DNA from: Candidatus Latescibacterota bacterium
GTDB lineage: Bacteria > Latescibacterota > UBA2968 > UBA8231
DNA length: 64,000 bases
Assembly (NCBI GenBank): GCA_965215195.1
Contig: CBDCDC010000001.1
Location: forward strand, 928,001-992,000
Direction of reading: 5' to 3'
The notes beneath the pieces were generated by a model. That model had not been told where the DNA came from and searched no databases. It was given only the letters and a program-made list of their open reading frames with translations. The stretch's first letter is position 1. Each line of letters starts with the position of its first letter. Of this stretch, positions 36,411-45,961 are shown piece after piece. The position numbers were made by a program, and so were the translations under genes.

Positions 36411-37322
36411 ATGCTACTCAAGCCTGCATCCGCCGAGTCCAAGCCGCGCGTCTTGCGCCGCCTGATGGCCGAGAAGACCCTGACCTTGCCCGGGGCCTTC
36501 AACGCACCCGTGGCCATGCTAGCCGAGCGCACCGGGTTTGAGGCCGTGTACATTTCCGGGGCCGGGCTGGCCAACGGCACGGCCGGCTACCCGGACGTCG
36601 GCCTGTTGGGCATGGACGAAATGGCGCGTCAAGCCGGTTACATTGCCAATGCGGTGCAAGTGCCCTGCATCTGCGATGCGGACACTGGGTTCGGCGAGGT
36701 CTGGCAGGTGATGCGCACGGTGCGCGCGTACGAGCGCGAGGGCTTGGCCGGGTTGCACTTAGAGGACCAAGTCATGCCCAAGCGCTGCGGCCACCTCGAC
36801 GGCAAGGCCCTGATCGGGGCCGAGGAAATGGAGCGCAAAATTGCTGCGGCCTGCGCGGCGCGGCAGGACCCGGACTTTGTGATCATCGCCCGCTGCGACG
36901 CCCGCGCTGTCGAGGGCTTTGCACAGAGCGTTGAGCGCGGTCGCCGCTACTTGGCAGCCGGCGCGGACGCCGTCTTTCCCGAGGCCATGCAGAGCACCGA
37001 GGAATTCGCCCGCTACGCCGCGCAAGTCAAAGGCCTGCTTCTCGCCAACATGACCGAATTCGGCAAATCGCCGTACCTATCGGTCGCGGAGTTCGCCGCC
37101 ATGGGATATTGCCTCGTGATTTTCCCTATGAGCGCCTTTCGCGCGATGATGAAGGCCGTCGAAGGGCTGTTCCGCGAACTCAAGGAAAAGGGCACTTTAG
37201 AAGGTGCCCTCGGGCAGATGCAGACGCGGGAGGAGCTCTACGAACTGCTTGGCTACGACGAGTATACCAAACTAGACGCGGCGTTGGCCGCCCGCTTTCC
37301 ATTGCACGGAGAGAACCAATGA
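36411..37322 (+). CDS. prpB: 2-methylisocitrate lyase
   Basis: DADTGFG, EDQ..PKRCGH, LANMTEFG and MQTREELY motifs. Confidence 0.88.
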   Translation: MLLKPASAESKPRVLRRLMAEKTLTLPGAFNAPVAMLAERTGFEAVYISGAGLANGTAGYPDVGLLGMDEMARQAGYIANAVQVPCICDADTGFGEVWQVMRTVRAYEREGLAGLHLEDQVMPKRCGHLDGKALIGAEEMERKIAAACAARQDPDFVIIARCDARAVEGFAQSVERGRRYLAAGADAVFPEAMQSTEEFARYAAQVKGLLLANMTEFGKSPYLSVAEFAAMGYCLVIFPMSAFRAMMKAVEGLFRELKEKGTLEGALGQMQTREELYELLGYDEYTKLDAALAARFPLHGENQ

Positions 37323-37519
37323 AGTATCAGCTAACGGCTTTTATTAGACGCGAGGGCAATGGCTATGTCTCTCTATGTCCTGAATTAGATGTAGCAAGCC
37401 AAGGAAAGACCATTGAAGAAGCGCGGTGTAATTTACAAGAAGCCGTGGATTTGTTTTTGGAATGTGCGTCGCCTGAAGAAGTCGAGGATCGCCTGCAACT
37501 TGAGGTAGCTGTTGGCTAA
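37319..37519 (+). CDS. hicB: HicB-family antitoxin (short form)
   Basis: MKYQLTAFIRREGNGYVSLCPELDVASQGKTIEEARCNLQEAVDLFLE; ATG overlaps the prpB stop (ATGA). Confidence 0.85.
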   Translation: MKYQLTAFIRREGNGYVSLCPELDVASQGKTIEEARCNLQEAVDLFLECASPEEVEDRLQLEVAVG

Positions 37520-37706
37520 AGTGCAGCCTCTTTCTGGCAGGGCCGTGTGTACCACCAAGCACGGTTTTGCAGAGAGCCGCATCATGCAGCGCAAACTCAA
37601 AACTGGCACGATTACAGTACCCGTGCCAGACCACAAGGAATTGCACCTAGGTACGCTGAGTTCGATAATTCGCCAGTCCGGTGTGCCGCGATCTGCCTTT
37701 GAATAG
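37512..37706 (+). pseudogene. hicA: HicA-family toxin lacking the catalytic GSH motif
   Basis: LSGRAVC...HGF...VPVPDHKEL..GTLSSIIRQSG HicA pattern is present, but the usual R-x-x-G-S-H segment is absent (HGFAESRIMQ). Confidence 0.7.
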
Positions 37707-37782
37707 TGGACCGCTGCTCCAATGCAACCTCGCTACTTGAGCATCCAACCCACGACCAACACTTCCCATAGAGAGATACAAA

Positions 37783-38913
37783 ATGACCGCCAAAGCCTAT
37801 AGCCCCGGCCTCGAAGGCGTCATCGCCGGCGAGTCCGCCCTTTCGCGCATCGATATCGATATCAACCGCCTGATCCTGCACGGTTACGACCTAGTCGAAC
37901 TGACGGAGAACGCCTCCTACGAAGAAGTCGCCTACTTGCTGCTCTACGGCGAGTTGCCGACAGTCGCCGAGTTGGCAGGATTTAACCAACAACTGCGCTC
38001 GAAGCGCGATTTGCCCGGCCCGGTCGTCGCTCTGTTGCGCTCCGCGCCGGCGGACGCCCACCCCATGGACCTGTTGCGCACGGCCGTATCGTCCCTAGCG
38101 TTTTTCGACGCCGAGACCCCCGACAACAGCCACGATGCCAACGTGCGCAAGGCCGTGCGCTTGCTGGCCAAAATTCCCACCGCACTCGCCTACGGCTATC
38201 GCTTCTCGCAGGGCCTAGCGCCGGTAGGTCCCGACGCCGAGCTAGACCACGCGGCCAATTTGCTCTACATGCTGCGCGGCGAAACACCGCCCGCGTACGA
38301 AGTAGAGGCCATGAACACTTCGCTGATCCTCTACGCCGAGCACGGATACAACGCCTCCACGTTTACCGCGCGGGTGGTAGCCTCAACCCTCGCCGACCTG
38401 TACGCGGCCATAACCGCGGCCATCGGCGCTCTCCACGGCCCCTTGCACGGCGGTGCCAACGAGGCCGCCATGCACATGCTCTTGGAGGTAGATTCGCCCG
38501 CAGCGGCCGAGCAGTGGGTCCTCGACGCGCTGGCGCAAAAGAAGAAGATCATGGGCTTTGGCCATCGGGAGTACAAAAGCGGCGACTCGCGGGTGCCGAC
38601 GATGAAGAAGGTTGGCCGCCAGATCGCCGCAGCCATCGGCGACACCAAGTGGCCGGACTTAGCTGACGTAGTCGAAGCGACGATGATGCGCGAAAAAGGC
38701 ATCTTCCCCAACGTCGATTTCCCCTGCGCGTACACCTACTACATCATGGGCATCCCGATCCCGCTCTACACCCCCATCTTCGTGGCCAGCCGCGTGGTGG
38801 GCTGGGCGGCGCACGTGATCGAACAGCACGACGCCAATCGGCTCATCCGCCCCAACCACATCTACACCGGGCCAGAGCATCGTGCGTTTGTCGCGCTCGG
38901 CGAGCGGGGCTGA
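37783..38913 (+). CDS. prpC: 2-methylcitrate synthase / citrate synthase
   Basis: GLEGVIAG, YAEHGYNASTF, GPLHGGAN, MGFGHR and PNVDF motifs; context next to prpB. Confidence 0.85.
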   Translation: MTAKAYSPGLEGVIAGESALSRIDIDINRLILHGYDLVELTENASYEEVAYLLLYGELPTVAELAGFNQQLRSKRDLPGPVVALLRSAPADAHPMDLLRTAVSSLAFFDAETPDNSHDANVRKAVRLLAKIPTALAYGYRFSQGLAPVGPDAELDHAANLLYMLRGETPPAYEVEAMNTSLILYAEHGYNASTFTARVVASTLADLYAAITAAIGALHGPLHGGANEAAMHMLLEVDSPAAAEQWVLDALAQKKKIMGFGHREYKSGDSRVPTMKKVGRQIAAAIGDTKWPDLADVVEATMMREKGIFPNVDFPCAYTYYIMGIPIPLYTPIFVASRVVGWAAHVIEQHDANRLIRPNHIYTGPEHRAFVALGERG

Positions 38914-38915
38914 CC

Positions 38916-39440
38916 TCAGTCGCGCACTCTGAGCAACCAAGATCGCATAGCGAGCAAGAAACCCTGCACTGCATCGCTCCGGTAGTCGGGATACGTCCAC
39001 TCTAAAGGTCGATAGCGTCCTCGCTGATAGAGCAGGGTCACTTCGGCGTAGAGCTGCGGGGCAATGCAGATGCGGTGGCCAGCGCATTTGGTCGTGGCCA
39101 GCACCAAGCTCTCGATTGAGAGCAGGCCTGGGTCGATGTTGGCGCGGCGGCACTGTCCTCGGCTCATCGCCCGTTCCAACGCCATGGTCTGCGCCTTGAC
39201 AGCCGCCAGCTCGGCCGGGTCGATCTGCTGCTCAAAGCACACGAGCTGTTTGCGCAGCCCCGCGCCCATTTCCGCTTCGTAGTACGAGGTAAAATCAAAA
39301 TCATAGATATCACTGGCCCCGTACGGGAGACCGAAGCACTCGACGAGACCGATTTTGGCGTCGGCGAACGCATCAGCGGAATCGGCCAATATCGCGCAAA
39401 CTAAGGCGACGGGCGTGGAGGGTTGGAGATCAATGGGCAA
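38916..39440 (-). CDS. DUF4416-family protein
   Basis: FDFTSYYEAEMG, RRANIDPG, LVLATTK...HRI and WTYPDY motifs. Confidence 0.8.
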   Translation of the reverse strand: MPIDLQPSTPVALVCAILADSADAFADAKIGLVECFGLPYGASDIYDFDFTSYYEAEMGAGLRKQLVCFEQQIDPAELAAVKAQTMALERAMSRGQCRRANIDPGLLSIESLVLATTKCAGHRICIAPQLYAEVTLLYQRGRYRPLEWTYPDYRSDAVQGFLLAMRSWLLRVRD

Positions 39441-39470
39441 GGGGTGGGATTGGGCAGGCAGTGGAGGGGT

Positions 39471-40604
39471 TCAATCCGAGTCGTCTGGCCAGATGTCTTC
39501 GAGTATAATACGTTCGCCAGTGTGTACACCTTGTATTATTACGTGCGAATCCCACATAGGGCGCACGATGTCATTCATCATGCCCTGTGGCACCTGTACG
39601 GTGTGTATTTTCTGGCCATCAATAACTTGTATGACACTGCTGTCTTCGCGCATCGCATCCGCGTGGCGTAATATCCCGCGTATTTCTATAGGTTCGGTTA
39701 GAGTTTGCTGCGACTCAACCCGCGGCGACGATGAAAATTCTGTCGGCGGTGATGGAAGTTCCGCCGCCGGCATGGTAAGCCCTACAGAACGTTGTACTCC
39801 GTCGCGAATTGTGGTAAAACCTACTTGGCTGATTCGTGCGCCATCGGGCGCAATTTTTCTTGCCAGACCAAAGAAGTTTCGCAGATAAGCGGGGTCGGGA
39901 ATACGCTTCTGTATTTCGATTATGTGGGACCTGTTGATCAACCTAAGTAACTCCATGAACTCATCGATGATAGCAGCCATCTCAAGCATTCCCGGCAAAG
40001 ACAGTTGGAGTGGCCGGCCGAATTTAAGCGTCACTGCAAAACTCCCGCTCCTAGGTACGGAAATCAGCGTCTGATAATTTTCCCGTATTCCTTTTTGTAC
40101 ACTCCCTCTCTCCCGGAAAGGCCGGTTTTGCTTTCGCTCAACGGTGCGGTAAATCAGTTTTGCGGAGCTACTGATGCGCTCATACATTTCCTCCGCCTTG
40201 ACAAGACCATTTCCCACTTCTTGACCTGAGAGGCTCAACTGAATCTCATCCTCCTGCAAAGTAATGCCTTTCAGGTTGAGGTGCCTTTGGAAGTGAATCT
40301 GATCCCAAAGGTCGCGCAACTCCTCAGCAATCTCTGGATGCGGTTCCTGCGCCAGAGCAGTGGCTACTATTTGCTCGGCTTGGCGAAACTGCTGGCAATC
40401 CAATGCCAAGGTGCCAGCGCTGCGATGCAACACTGCCCAAGCCAACCCGTCTGTTTTGTCCAGTTCGTCAATGGCAGCCAATTCATAGTGAAGTGCCTGC
40501 TCAAAATACACTAGTGAGTCTTCCGCATTACCGCGCGCCCGTTTTTTAAGGCCGAGGTCTGCAAATTCCATAGCTTTTTTGTGGAGATCATTAACTGAGT
40601 TCAT
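39471..40604 (-). CDS. Hypothetical protein: N-terminal helical (TPR-like) domain plus uncharacterised C-terminal domains
   Basis: 377 aa, lower GC; LHKKAMEFAD...LHRSAGTLALDC...EIAEELRDL helical region; start overlaps the upstream stop. Confidence 0.75.
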   Translation of the reverse strand: MNSVNDLHKKAMEFADLGLKKRARGNAEDSLVYFEQALHYELAAIDELDKTDGLAWAVLHRSAGTLALDCQQFRQAEQIVATALAQEPHPEIAEELRDLWDQIHFQRHLNLKGITLQEDEIQLSLSGQEVGNGLVKAEEMYERISSSAKLIYRTVERKQNRPFRERGSVQKGIRENYQTLISVPRSGSFAVTLKFGRPLQLSLPGMLEMAAIIDEFMELLRLINRSHIIEIQKRIPDPAYLRNFFGLARKIAPDGARISQVGFTTIRDGVQRSVGLTMPAAELPSPPTEFSSSPRVESQQTLTEPIEIRGILRHADAMREDSSVIQVIDGQKIHTVQVPQGMMNDIVRPMWDSHVIIQGVHTGERIILEDIWPDDSD

Positions 40605-41113
40605 TTCTTTTTTACTGCGGCAAGCGGCCGTCCGAATTCAACCACGATTGCGTAAGCTGGTAGTTCCAGAGCATTCGACCGGTTCATCTGGCGCAATTTC
40701 TGCTTCACTCTCGTCCTAACTTGGCCATCATTACCTTTGCGGATGCCGGATACTTCCATCCTTGCTCTGAAGTCTAGTTCACCATCCCCGAGCCAATAAT
40801 CGAATCCTGTACCCTTTCGTGAACGCGCTACAACCACGTAACCGATTTCCCGACTTGCCAGTAGGACAGCAATGCCGGCAGCACCGTCTTCGGTAGCTTC
40901 CTCATCGTCGCTCCAAGTCCGGCGGGCTTGGTCAGTGATCGGCAGCCAATCTAGCCGATAACTATTGTTAGCGGCACTACGGACAATAAGGCGAGCACCC
41001 GGTGCATGACCCTGAGATTCTAGGCAAACGGCTCCGGCTTCGGCCAACTCGTTGCCCTTTGCTCGTGAGATACCGGGGATGTCATCAGTGTTCAGTTCGT
41101 TCAAATCCAGCAT
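40601..41113 (-). CDS. Hypothetical protein with PD-(D/E)xK-like nuclease motifs
   Basis: 170 aa from ATG 41113; EEATEDGA helix, RSRKGTGFDYWLG, ARMEVSGI, KQKLRQ and AIVVEFG. Confidence 0.65.
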   Translation of the reverse strand: MLDLNELNTDDIPGISRAKGNELAEAGAVCLESQGHAPGARLIVRSAANNSYRLDWLPITDQARRTWSDDEEATEDGAAGIAVLLASREIGYVVVARSRKGTGFDYWLGDGELDFRARMEVSGIRKGNDGQVRTRVKQKLRQMNRSNALELPAYAIVVEFGRPLAAVKKK

Positions 41114-41373
41114 GTACCAATCCAGAGAGTTGGATAATGCGATTACTCTGGTTAGACGGTTAATGGGCGGCGGTTTCGCCCGATGCAGTGGCCTTTGAAT
41201 AGGGAGTTTTGGTCCGTTAGTCAAGTAATATAATTCCTTTTGAACATCGGCAAGTCGGCAAATATCGCTGTATGGTCTCCGTGTTCCGGCGTTCTCTTTA
41301 GCTTGTACTCGTTGCGTTTCCAGTGCAAATCCTAGACATTGATCACCAGAAACTACCACTGGGAAAGGCCACT

Positions 41374-42432
41374 ATGCACCTAGCAGACCTAGACACGCCC
41401 GCGCTCCTCGTCGAGCTCGATGGCTTGGAGGACAACCTCGACCGCTACCAACGCTACTTTGACGCGCACGGCATTGGCTTGCGGCCCCACATCAAGACCC
41501 ACAAGTGCGTGGCCATTGCCCATATGCAAATGCGGCGCGGGGCCATCGGCATCACCTGCCAGAAATTAGGGGAGGCCGAGGTCATGGCCGCGGGCGGCGT
41601 CGATCGCGACATCCTGATTCCCTACAACATCATGGGTGCGCAAAAACTGGCGCGGCTGGTCGCGCTGGCGCGGGACACCCGGCTGACCGTGGCGGCCGAT
41701 TCCGCATACACCGTGCAGGGGCTAGCCGAGGCCGCCGCGGCAGCGGATGTCGCCGTGGGCGTGGTCGTCGAACTCGATCGCGGCCGCACGGGCGTAGGCT
41801 CGCCCGCCGCGGCAGCGGCTCTCGGCGAAAAAATCGATCAGGCCCCCAGCATTGAACTCCGGGGCATCATGTCCATGCCAGCGACTCCAGACATGCGGCC
41901 ACTCATCCAAGAGACGCTCGCGCATTTCGACCGCAAGGGACTGCCGCATCCCATCGTCAGCGGCGGCAGCACTCCGGGCGCGTTCATGGCGCACGAGATT
42001 CCCGAACTGACCGAGTACCGGGCCGGCGAGTACCCAGTCGGCGGCGTCGGCCATCTCCGCCGAGGGACCCACAGCGTCGGCCAGTGCGCTGGCCGGGTGC
42101 TGATGACCGTGGTCAGCCGGCCAGCCGCGCACCGAGCCATCCTCGACGGGGGCAGCAAGTCGCTCAGCGCAGCGGTTCATCGCGAGGAGGACGGCTCGTC
42201 CATCATGGGGCACATCGTCGAGTACCCGCAGGCCCGCTTCGCTGGAGCCTCCGAAGAACACGGGCAGGTCGATCTATCGGCTTGCGACAAAAAACCCCAA
42301 ATCGGCGAACAGGTGCAGGTCTTGCCAGTTCATCCCTGCCCTTGTTTCAACGAACACGGCCAGATCGTTGCCGTGCGCGGCGACCGAGTGGAAGCTGTCT
42401 GGCCGGTTGACGCCCGCGGGCAGATACGCTGA
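41374..42432 (+). CDS. Fold-type III PLP enzyme (D-threonine aldolase / DSD1-like)
   Basis: DTPAL, LRPHIKTHK (PLP Lys), CQKLGEAE, SGGSTP, DGGSK, SEEHG and PVHPC motifs. Confidence 0.88.
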   Translation: MHLADLDTPALLVELDGLEDNLDRYQRYFDAHGIGLRPHIKTHKCVAIAHMQMRRGAIGITCQKLGEAEVMAAGGVDRDILIPYNIMGAQKLARLVALARDTRLTVAADSAYTVQGLAEAAAAADVAVGVVVELDRGRTGVGSPAAAAALGEKIDQAPSIELRGIMSMPATPDMRPLIQETLAHFDRKGLPHPIVSGGSTPGAFMAHEIPELTEYRAGEYPVGGVGHLRRGTHSVGQCAGRVLMTVVSRPAAHRAILDGGSKSLSAAVHREEDGSSIMGHIVEYPQARFAGASEEHGQVDLSACDKKPQIGEQVQVLPVHPCPCFNEHGQIVAVRGDRVEAVWPVDARGQIR

Positions 42433-42444
42433 AAGGAGCGAATT

Positions 42445-43146
42445 GTGGATTTTGCCGAATTGAGCGAAAAGCTGAAGGCGGTCAGCACGGCCACCCTGAC
42501 GTCCGTGCTCCGCAACAAGGGGCTGCACAACACGTTTATGCAGCAAGTCGCACCCCTCGCGCCCGACATGCAGATGGTCGGCCGGGCCTTTACCCTGCGC
42601 TACATCCCCGCGCGCGAAGACCTCGACGAGGTTCCACTGGACAATTTGAAGGACGTGCAGCGGATCGGCATTGAGCAGGTGACCGCAGGCGACGCGTTCG
42701 TCATTGACGCCCGCGGCGACACCCGCGCTGGCACCATGGGGTCTATCTTAGCGGCGCGACTGCAAGTGCGGGGCTGTGCCGGGATCGTCACCGATGGAGC
42801 CTACCGCGACTCCCCGACCATTGCCGCGTCCGGGTTGCCCGCATACTCGGCGGCCATGAACGCCCACACCAACAAGACCATCCACCACCCCAGCGAAATT
42901 CAGGTGCCCATCGCCTGCGGCGGCGTGGCGGTATTCCCGGGCGACATCCTCGTCGGCGACGGGGAGGGGGTCGTGGTTATACCGACGGCAATGGCCGCGG
43001 AGGTGGCCGTTGAGGCCGCGGACATGGAGCAAAAGGAGCGCTTCATCACCGAGAAAATCCGCACCGGAGCCAGCATTGTCGGCACCTATCCACCCGACGA
43101 GCAGACCTTAGCCGAGTACCAAGCCTGGAAAGCAAACCAATCGTAG
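42445..43146 (+). CDS. RraA / HMG-CHA aldolase-like protein
   Basis: GRAFTLRYIPARED, GIVTDGAYRD and GGVAVFPGDILVGDGEGVVVIP motifs. Confidence 0.88.
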   Translation: MDFAELSEKLKAVSTATLTSVLRNKGLHNTFMQQVAPLAPDMQMVGRAFTLRYIPAREDLDEVPLDNLKDVQRIGIEQVTAGDAFVIDARGDTRAGTMGSILAARLQVRGCAGIVTDGAYRDSPTIAASGLPAYSAAMNAHTNKTIHHPSEIQVPIACGGVAVFPGDILVGDGEGVVVIPTAMAAEVAVEAADMEQKERFITEKIRTGASIVGTYPPDEQTLAEYQAWKANQS

Positions 43147-43187
43147 GATCATCGCGATCAATTCGTCGCGCTGTTGAGCAACCTTGC

Positions 43188-43215
43188 GTAGGGGCACCTC
43201 TTGTGGGGTTTCCCC
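43188..43215. repeat. GTAG-type REP-like hairpin between convergent genes
   Basis: GTAG followed by imperfect palindrome GGGGCACCTC-TTGT-GGGGTTTCCCC; only one copy noticed. Confidence 0.4.
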
Positions 43216-43226
43216 TTGTGGCCGCT

Positions 43227-44567
43227 TTAGCCCAAACGACGACGTAAGCGACGCGCGAGATCGCCAACCACAGCGGGAGCGGTGGCGGCGATATTGTGCA
43301 ACTCATCGGGATCTTGCTCAAGGTCGTAGAGTTCGTCGCAGTCGTTGTAATTCTCGATGTACTTGTGGGTAGCCGTGCGAATGCAGCGGAAGTTGCGCAG
43401 GGCGGCGACCGTCTCTTGGCGGTGGGTGTCGGTCTGGCCGTTGAGGAGCGGTTGCAGCGAGCGGGCGTCAACGTCTTGCTGCGGCGCGAGCCGGGCAAAA
43501 TCGCATATCGTGGCATTGAGGTCGATGAGCTCGCACAGCGCGTCGCAGACGCGGCCTCCGGCGATATTCGGCCCGGCCATGATCAAGGGTACGCGCAGGC
43601 TGGCCTCGTAGGCCGCGCTCTTGGTGTACAGCCCGTGGTCGCCGAGCAGTTCGCCGTGGTCAGAGGAGAAGATGATATAGGTGTTGTCGAGTTGGCCGCG
43701 TTTTTCGAGTGCGTCGAGGATCTGGCCGATCTGGTCGTCGATGAGTTCGATGGCGGCGCAGTATTGGCGGCGGGTTTGGGCGATTTGGTCGGAGGTGAAG
43801 TCGGCGGCGCGTTTCTCGATCCACTCGGGTTTGCCAGCGAGAGAGCCGCTGATGGCCGGGGGCATGGCTGCGTTGCGGTAGCGGTCGCCATATGCGGTGG
43901 GCGGGTCAAAGGGGTCGTGCGGGCCGACGAAGCTGACGAAGTAGTGCCAAGGGAAGTCGTCGGGCACCTTGGCGATCCACTCGGCGGCGCGCCGGCCGAT
44001 ATAGGCATCCGCAAAGTCCGCGCTGTCCAGCGGCGAATCGCGGCAGTCGGTAATCCAACCAGCGGCGGCGCGTTGCCGATAGTCTTGGTGAAATGTCGCC
44101 AGTTGCCCTTTGGCGGCTAGGTAGTGCGTATAGGGGCCAATCGGCGTGGGCGAGGAGCCGGCGTGCATTTTGCCCTCGCATTCCTCTGGATGGGTGAAAC
44201 CCCAGCTATAGGCGTAGGGCCGGTCGCCGTAGCGGCCATTGTAGCCGTCGGATTTGCGCAGGTCGAGCTTGCCGACGCAGCCGACGCGGTAGCCGGCGTC
44301 GCGCAGCCGCTGATAGTAGGTGGTGGTGCCCAAGGGCAGGCGCCCGGAATTGTCCAGACAGCCGAGGCGGCTCGGTTGCAGGCCAGAGGCTAAGCCGATC
44401 CGCGCTGGCGCGCAGACGGGTGCGTTGGTAGTGCATTGGGTGAAGCGCACGCCAGCGGCGGCGAGGCGGTCGAGGTGGGGCGTGCGCAGGAAGTCGGCAC
44501 TGGCCGCGCCGAGGTAGTCGTGGCGGTGCTGATCATCCATGATGAAGAGTATATTGGGACGAGGCAT
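43227..44567 (-). CDS. Formylglycine-dependent sulfatase
   Basis: PNILFIMDDQ, CAPAR (CxPxR), VGKLD, PHDP, SSDHG and ELYDL..DPDE motifs. Confidence 0.92.
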   Translation of the reverse strand: MPRPNILFIMDDQHRHDYLGAASADFLRTPHLDRLAAAGVRFTQCTTNAPVCAPARIGLASGLQPSRLGCLDNSGRLPLGTTTYYQRLRDAGYRVGCVGKLDLRKSDGYNGRYGDRPYAYSWGFTHPEECEGKMHAGSSPTPIGPYTHYLAAKGQLATFHQDYRQRAAAGWITDCRDSPLDSADFADAYIGRRAAEWIAKVPDDFPWHYFVSFVGPHDPFDPPTAYGDRYRNAAMPPAISGSLAGKPEWIEKRAADFTSDQIAQTRRQYCAAIELIDDQIGQILDALEKRGQLDNTYIIFSSDHGELLGDHGLYTKSAAYEASLRVPLIMAGPNIAGGRVCDALCELIDLNATICDFARLAPQQDVDARSLQPLLNGQTDTHRQETVAALRNFRCIRTATHKYIENYNDCDELYDLEQDPDELHNIAATAPAVVGDLARRLRRRLG

Positions 44568-44785
44568 GGGGGCGTTCCTTCTTGAACGAGCGCGAGACGG
44601 GCGATATGTTGGACGGACCTAATTCAGCGGCCGCGCAGAAGTGCGTCGATTCTGACCATAGATATAGAACTAGTTCACGCTCAAGTCCAAACACCCTTCG
44701 CCGGTCCCTTGATGAATCGCGATAGCACCAACGTAGCAGTCGGTCCAGTTCAACAGTAATGTTCGACAATACGGAGGAACAACCT

Positions 44786-45961
44786 ATGCGGATTGAGCAG
44801 ATTGAAATCAAGAACTACCGTTCCTTCCGCCGCGCCGTATTTGATGACTTACCCCCGATGGTCGTAGTCGTGGGCGCGAACGGCACGGGCAAGTCAACGC
44901 TATTCGACGTGTTCAGCTTTCTCAAGGACGCGCTGACCCAGAACGTCGCCATGGCCGTGGCGCGACGCGGCGGGTTCCGCGAGTTGGTCAGCCGGGGAGA
45001 AAAGGGACCGATTGGGATCACCATCAAATTTCGCGAGAGCGGCGGACGTCTGGCCACCTATGTTCTCCAAGTGGCCGCGGACCATGGGCGCATAGTAGTA
45101 GAACGCGAAATTCTGCGCTACCGTCGGGGCCAGTACGGCAAGCCTTGGCACTTTGTGGACTTCAGCCGTGGTGTCGGAAGCGCAATCACCAATGAATCGG
45201 TCTATGGCGAGGAGGGTGCTGAGGAGAAAAGAGAGGAGTACAAGCTCGACGACCCGAGCGTCCTCGCGATCAAGGGCTTGGGGCAGTTCCGCGAGTTTCA
45301 GGTCGTCTCAGAGTTCCGCAGCCTGATCGAAAACTGGCACGTCTCGGACTTCCACATTGCCGACGCCCGACCAAGCAGTGAGGCCGGCTATGCCGAGCAT
45401 CTGTCTAACCGCGGCGATAACGTCGCCCAAGTTGCCCAGTACCTCTACGAGAATCACCGCGAGTGCCTCGACCGAGTGCTGAAGGCTATGAGCCAGCGCG
45501 TCCCAGGCGTGAGCGGCGTTGAAGCCAAACCGACTGAAGATGGGCGTCTCGTCCTGCGCTTTCAGGATGGCAGCTTCAAGGACCCATTCATTGCCCGCTA
45601 CGTCTCCGACGGCACGATAAAGATGTTTGCCTACCTCGTCTTGCTGTACGACCCGAAGCCCCATCCATTGCTGGCGGTCGAAGAACCCGAAAACCAGCTC
45701 TATCCCGAATTGCTAATAGAATTGGCCGAGGAATTTCGGGACTACGCCCGGCGCGGCGGCCAAGTGTTCGTTTCGACCCACTCTCCCGACTTCCTAAACG
45801 GAGCGGGAATCAACGAGATCTTCTGGTTGGTCAAGAAAGATGGTTTCGCGATCGTGCGCCGAGCGTCCGACAGCGAACTGCTGCGCAACCTTGTTGCAGA
45901 GGGAGACCTGCCAGGTGCCCTCTGGAAGCAGAGGCTTTTCGAAGGGGCCGAGCTACGATGA
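44786..45961 (+). CDS. ABC/AAA_21-type ATPase (defence-associated, non-transporter)
   Basis: GGAGG RBS; IKNYRSF, GANGTGKS, SDGT signature, LLAVEEPEN and STHS; no TM partner. Confidence 0.9.
   Translation: MRIEQIEIKNYRSFRRAVFDDLPPMVVVVGANGTGKSTLFDVFSFLKDALTQNVAMAVARRGGFRELVSRGEKGPIGITIKFRESGGRLATYVLQVAADHGRIVVEREILRYRRGQYGKPWHFVDFSRGVGSAITNESVYGEEGAEEKREEYKLDDPSVLAIKGLGQFREFQVVSEFRSLIENWHVSDFHIADARPSSEAGYAEHLSNRGDNVAQVAQYLYENHRECLDRVLKAMSQRVPGVSGVEAKPTEDGRLVLRFQDGSFKDPFIARYVSDGTIKMFAYLVLLYDPKPHPLLAVEEPENQLYPELLIELAEEFRDYARRGGQVFVSTHSPDFLNGAGINEIFWLVKKDGFAIVRRASDSELLRNLVAEGDLPGALWKQRLFEGAELR

Noticed and set aside
41114-41359. N-terminal extension of the 40601-41359 ORF
   Set aside because: The first 82 codons look non-coding and span the likely promoter region; ATG 41113 gives a compact protein.
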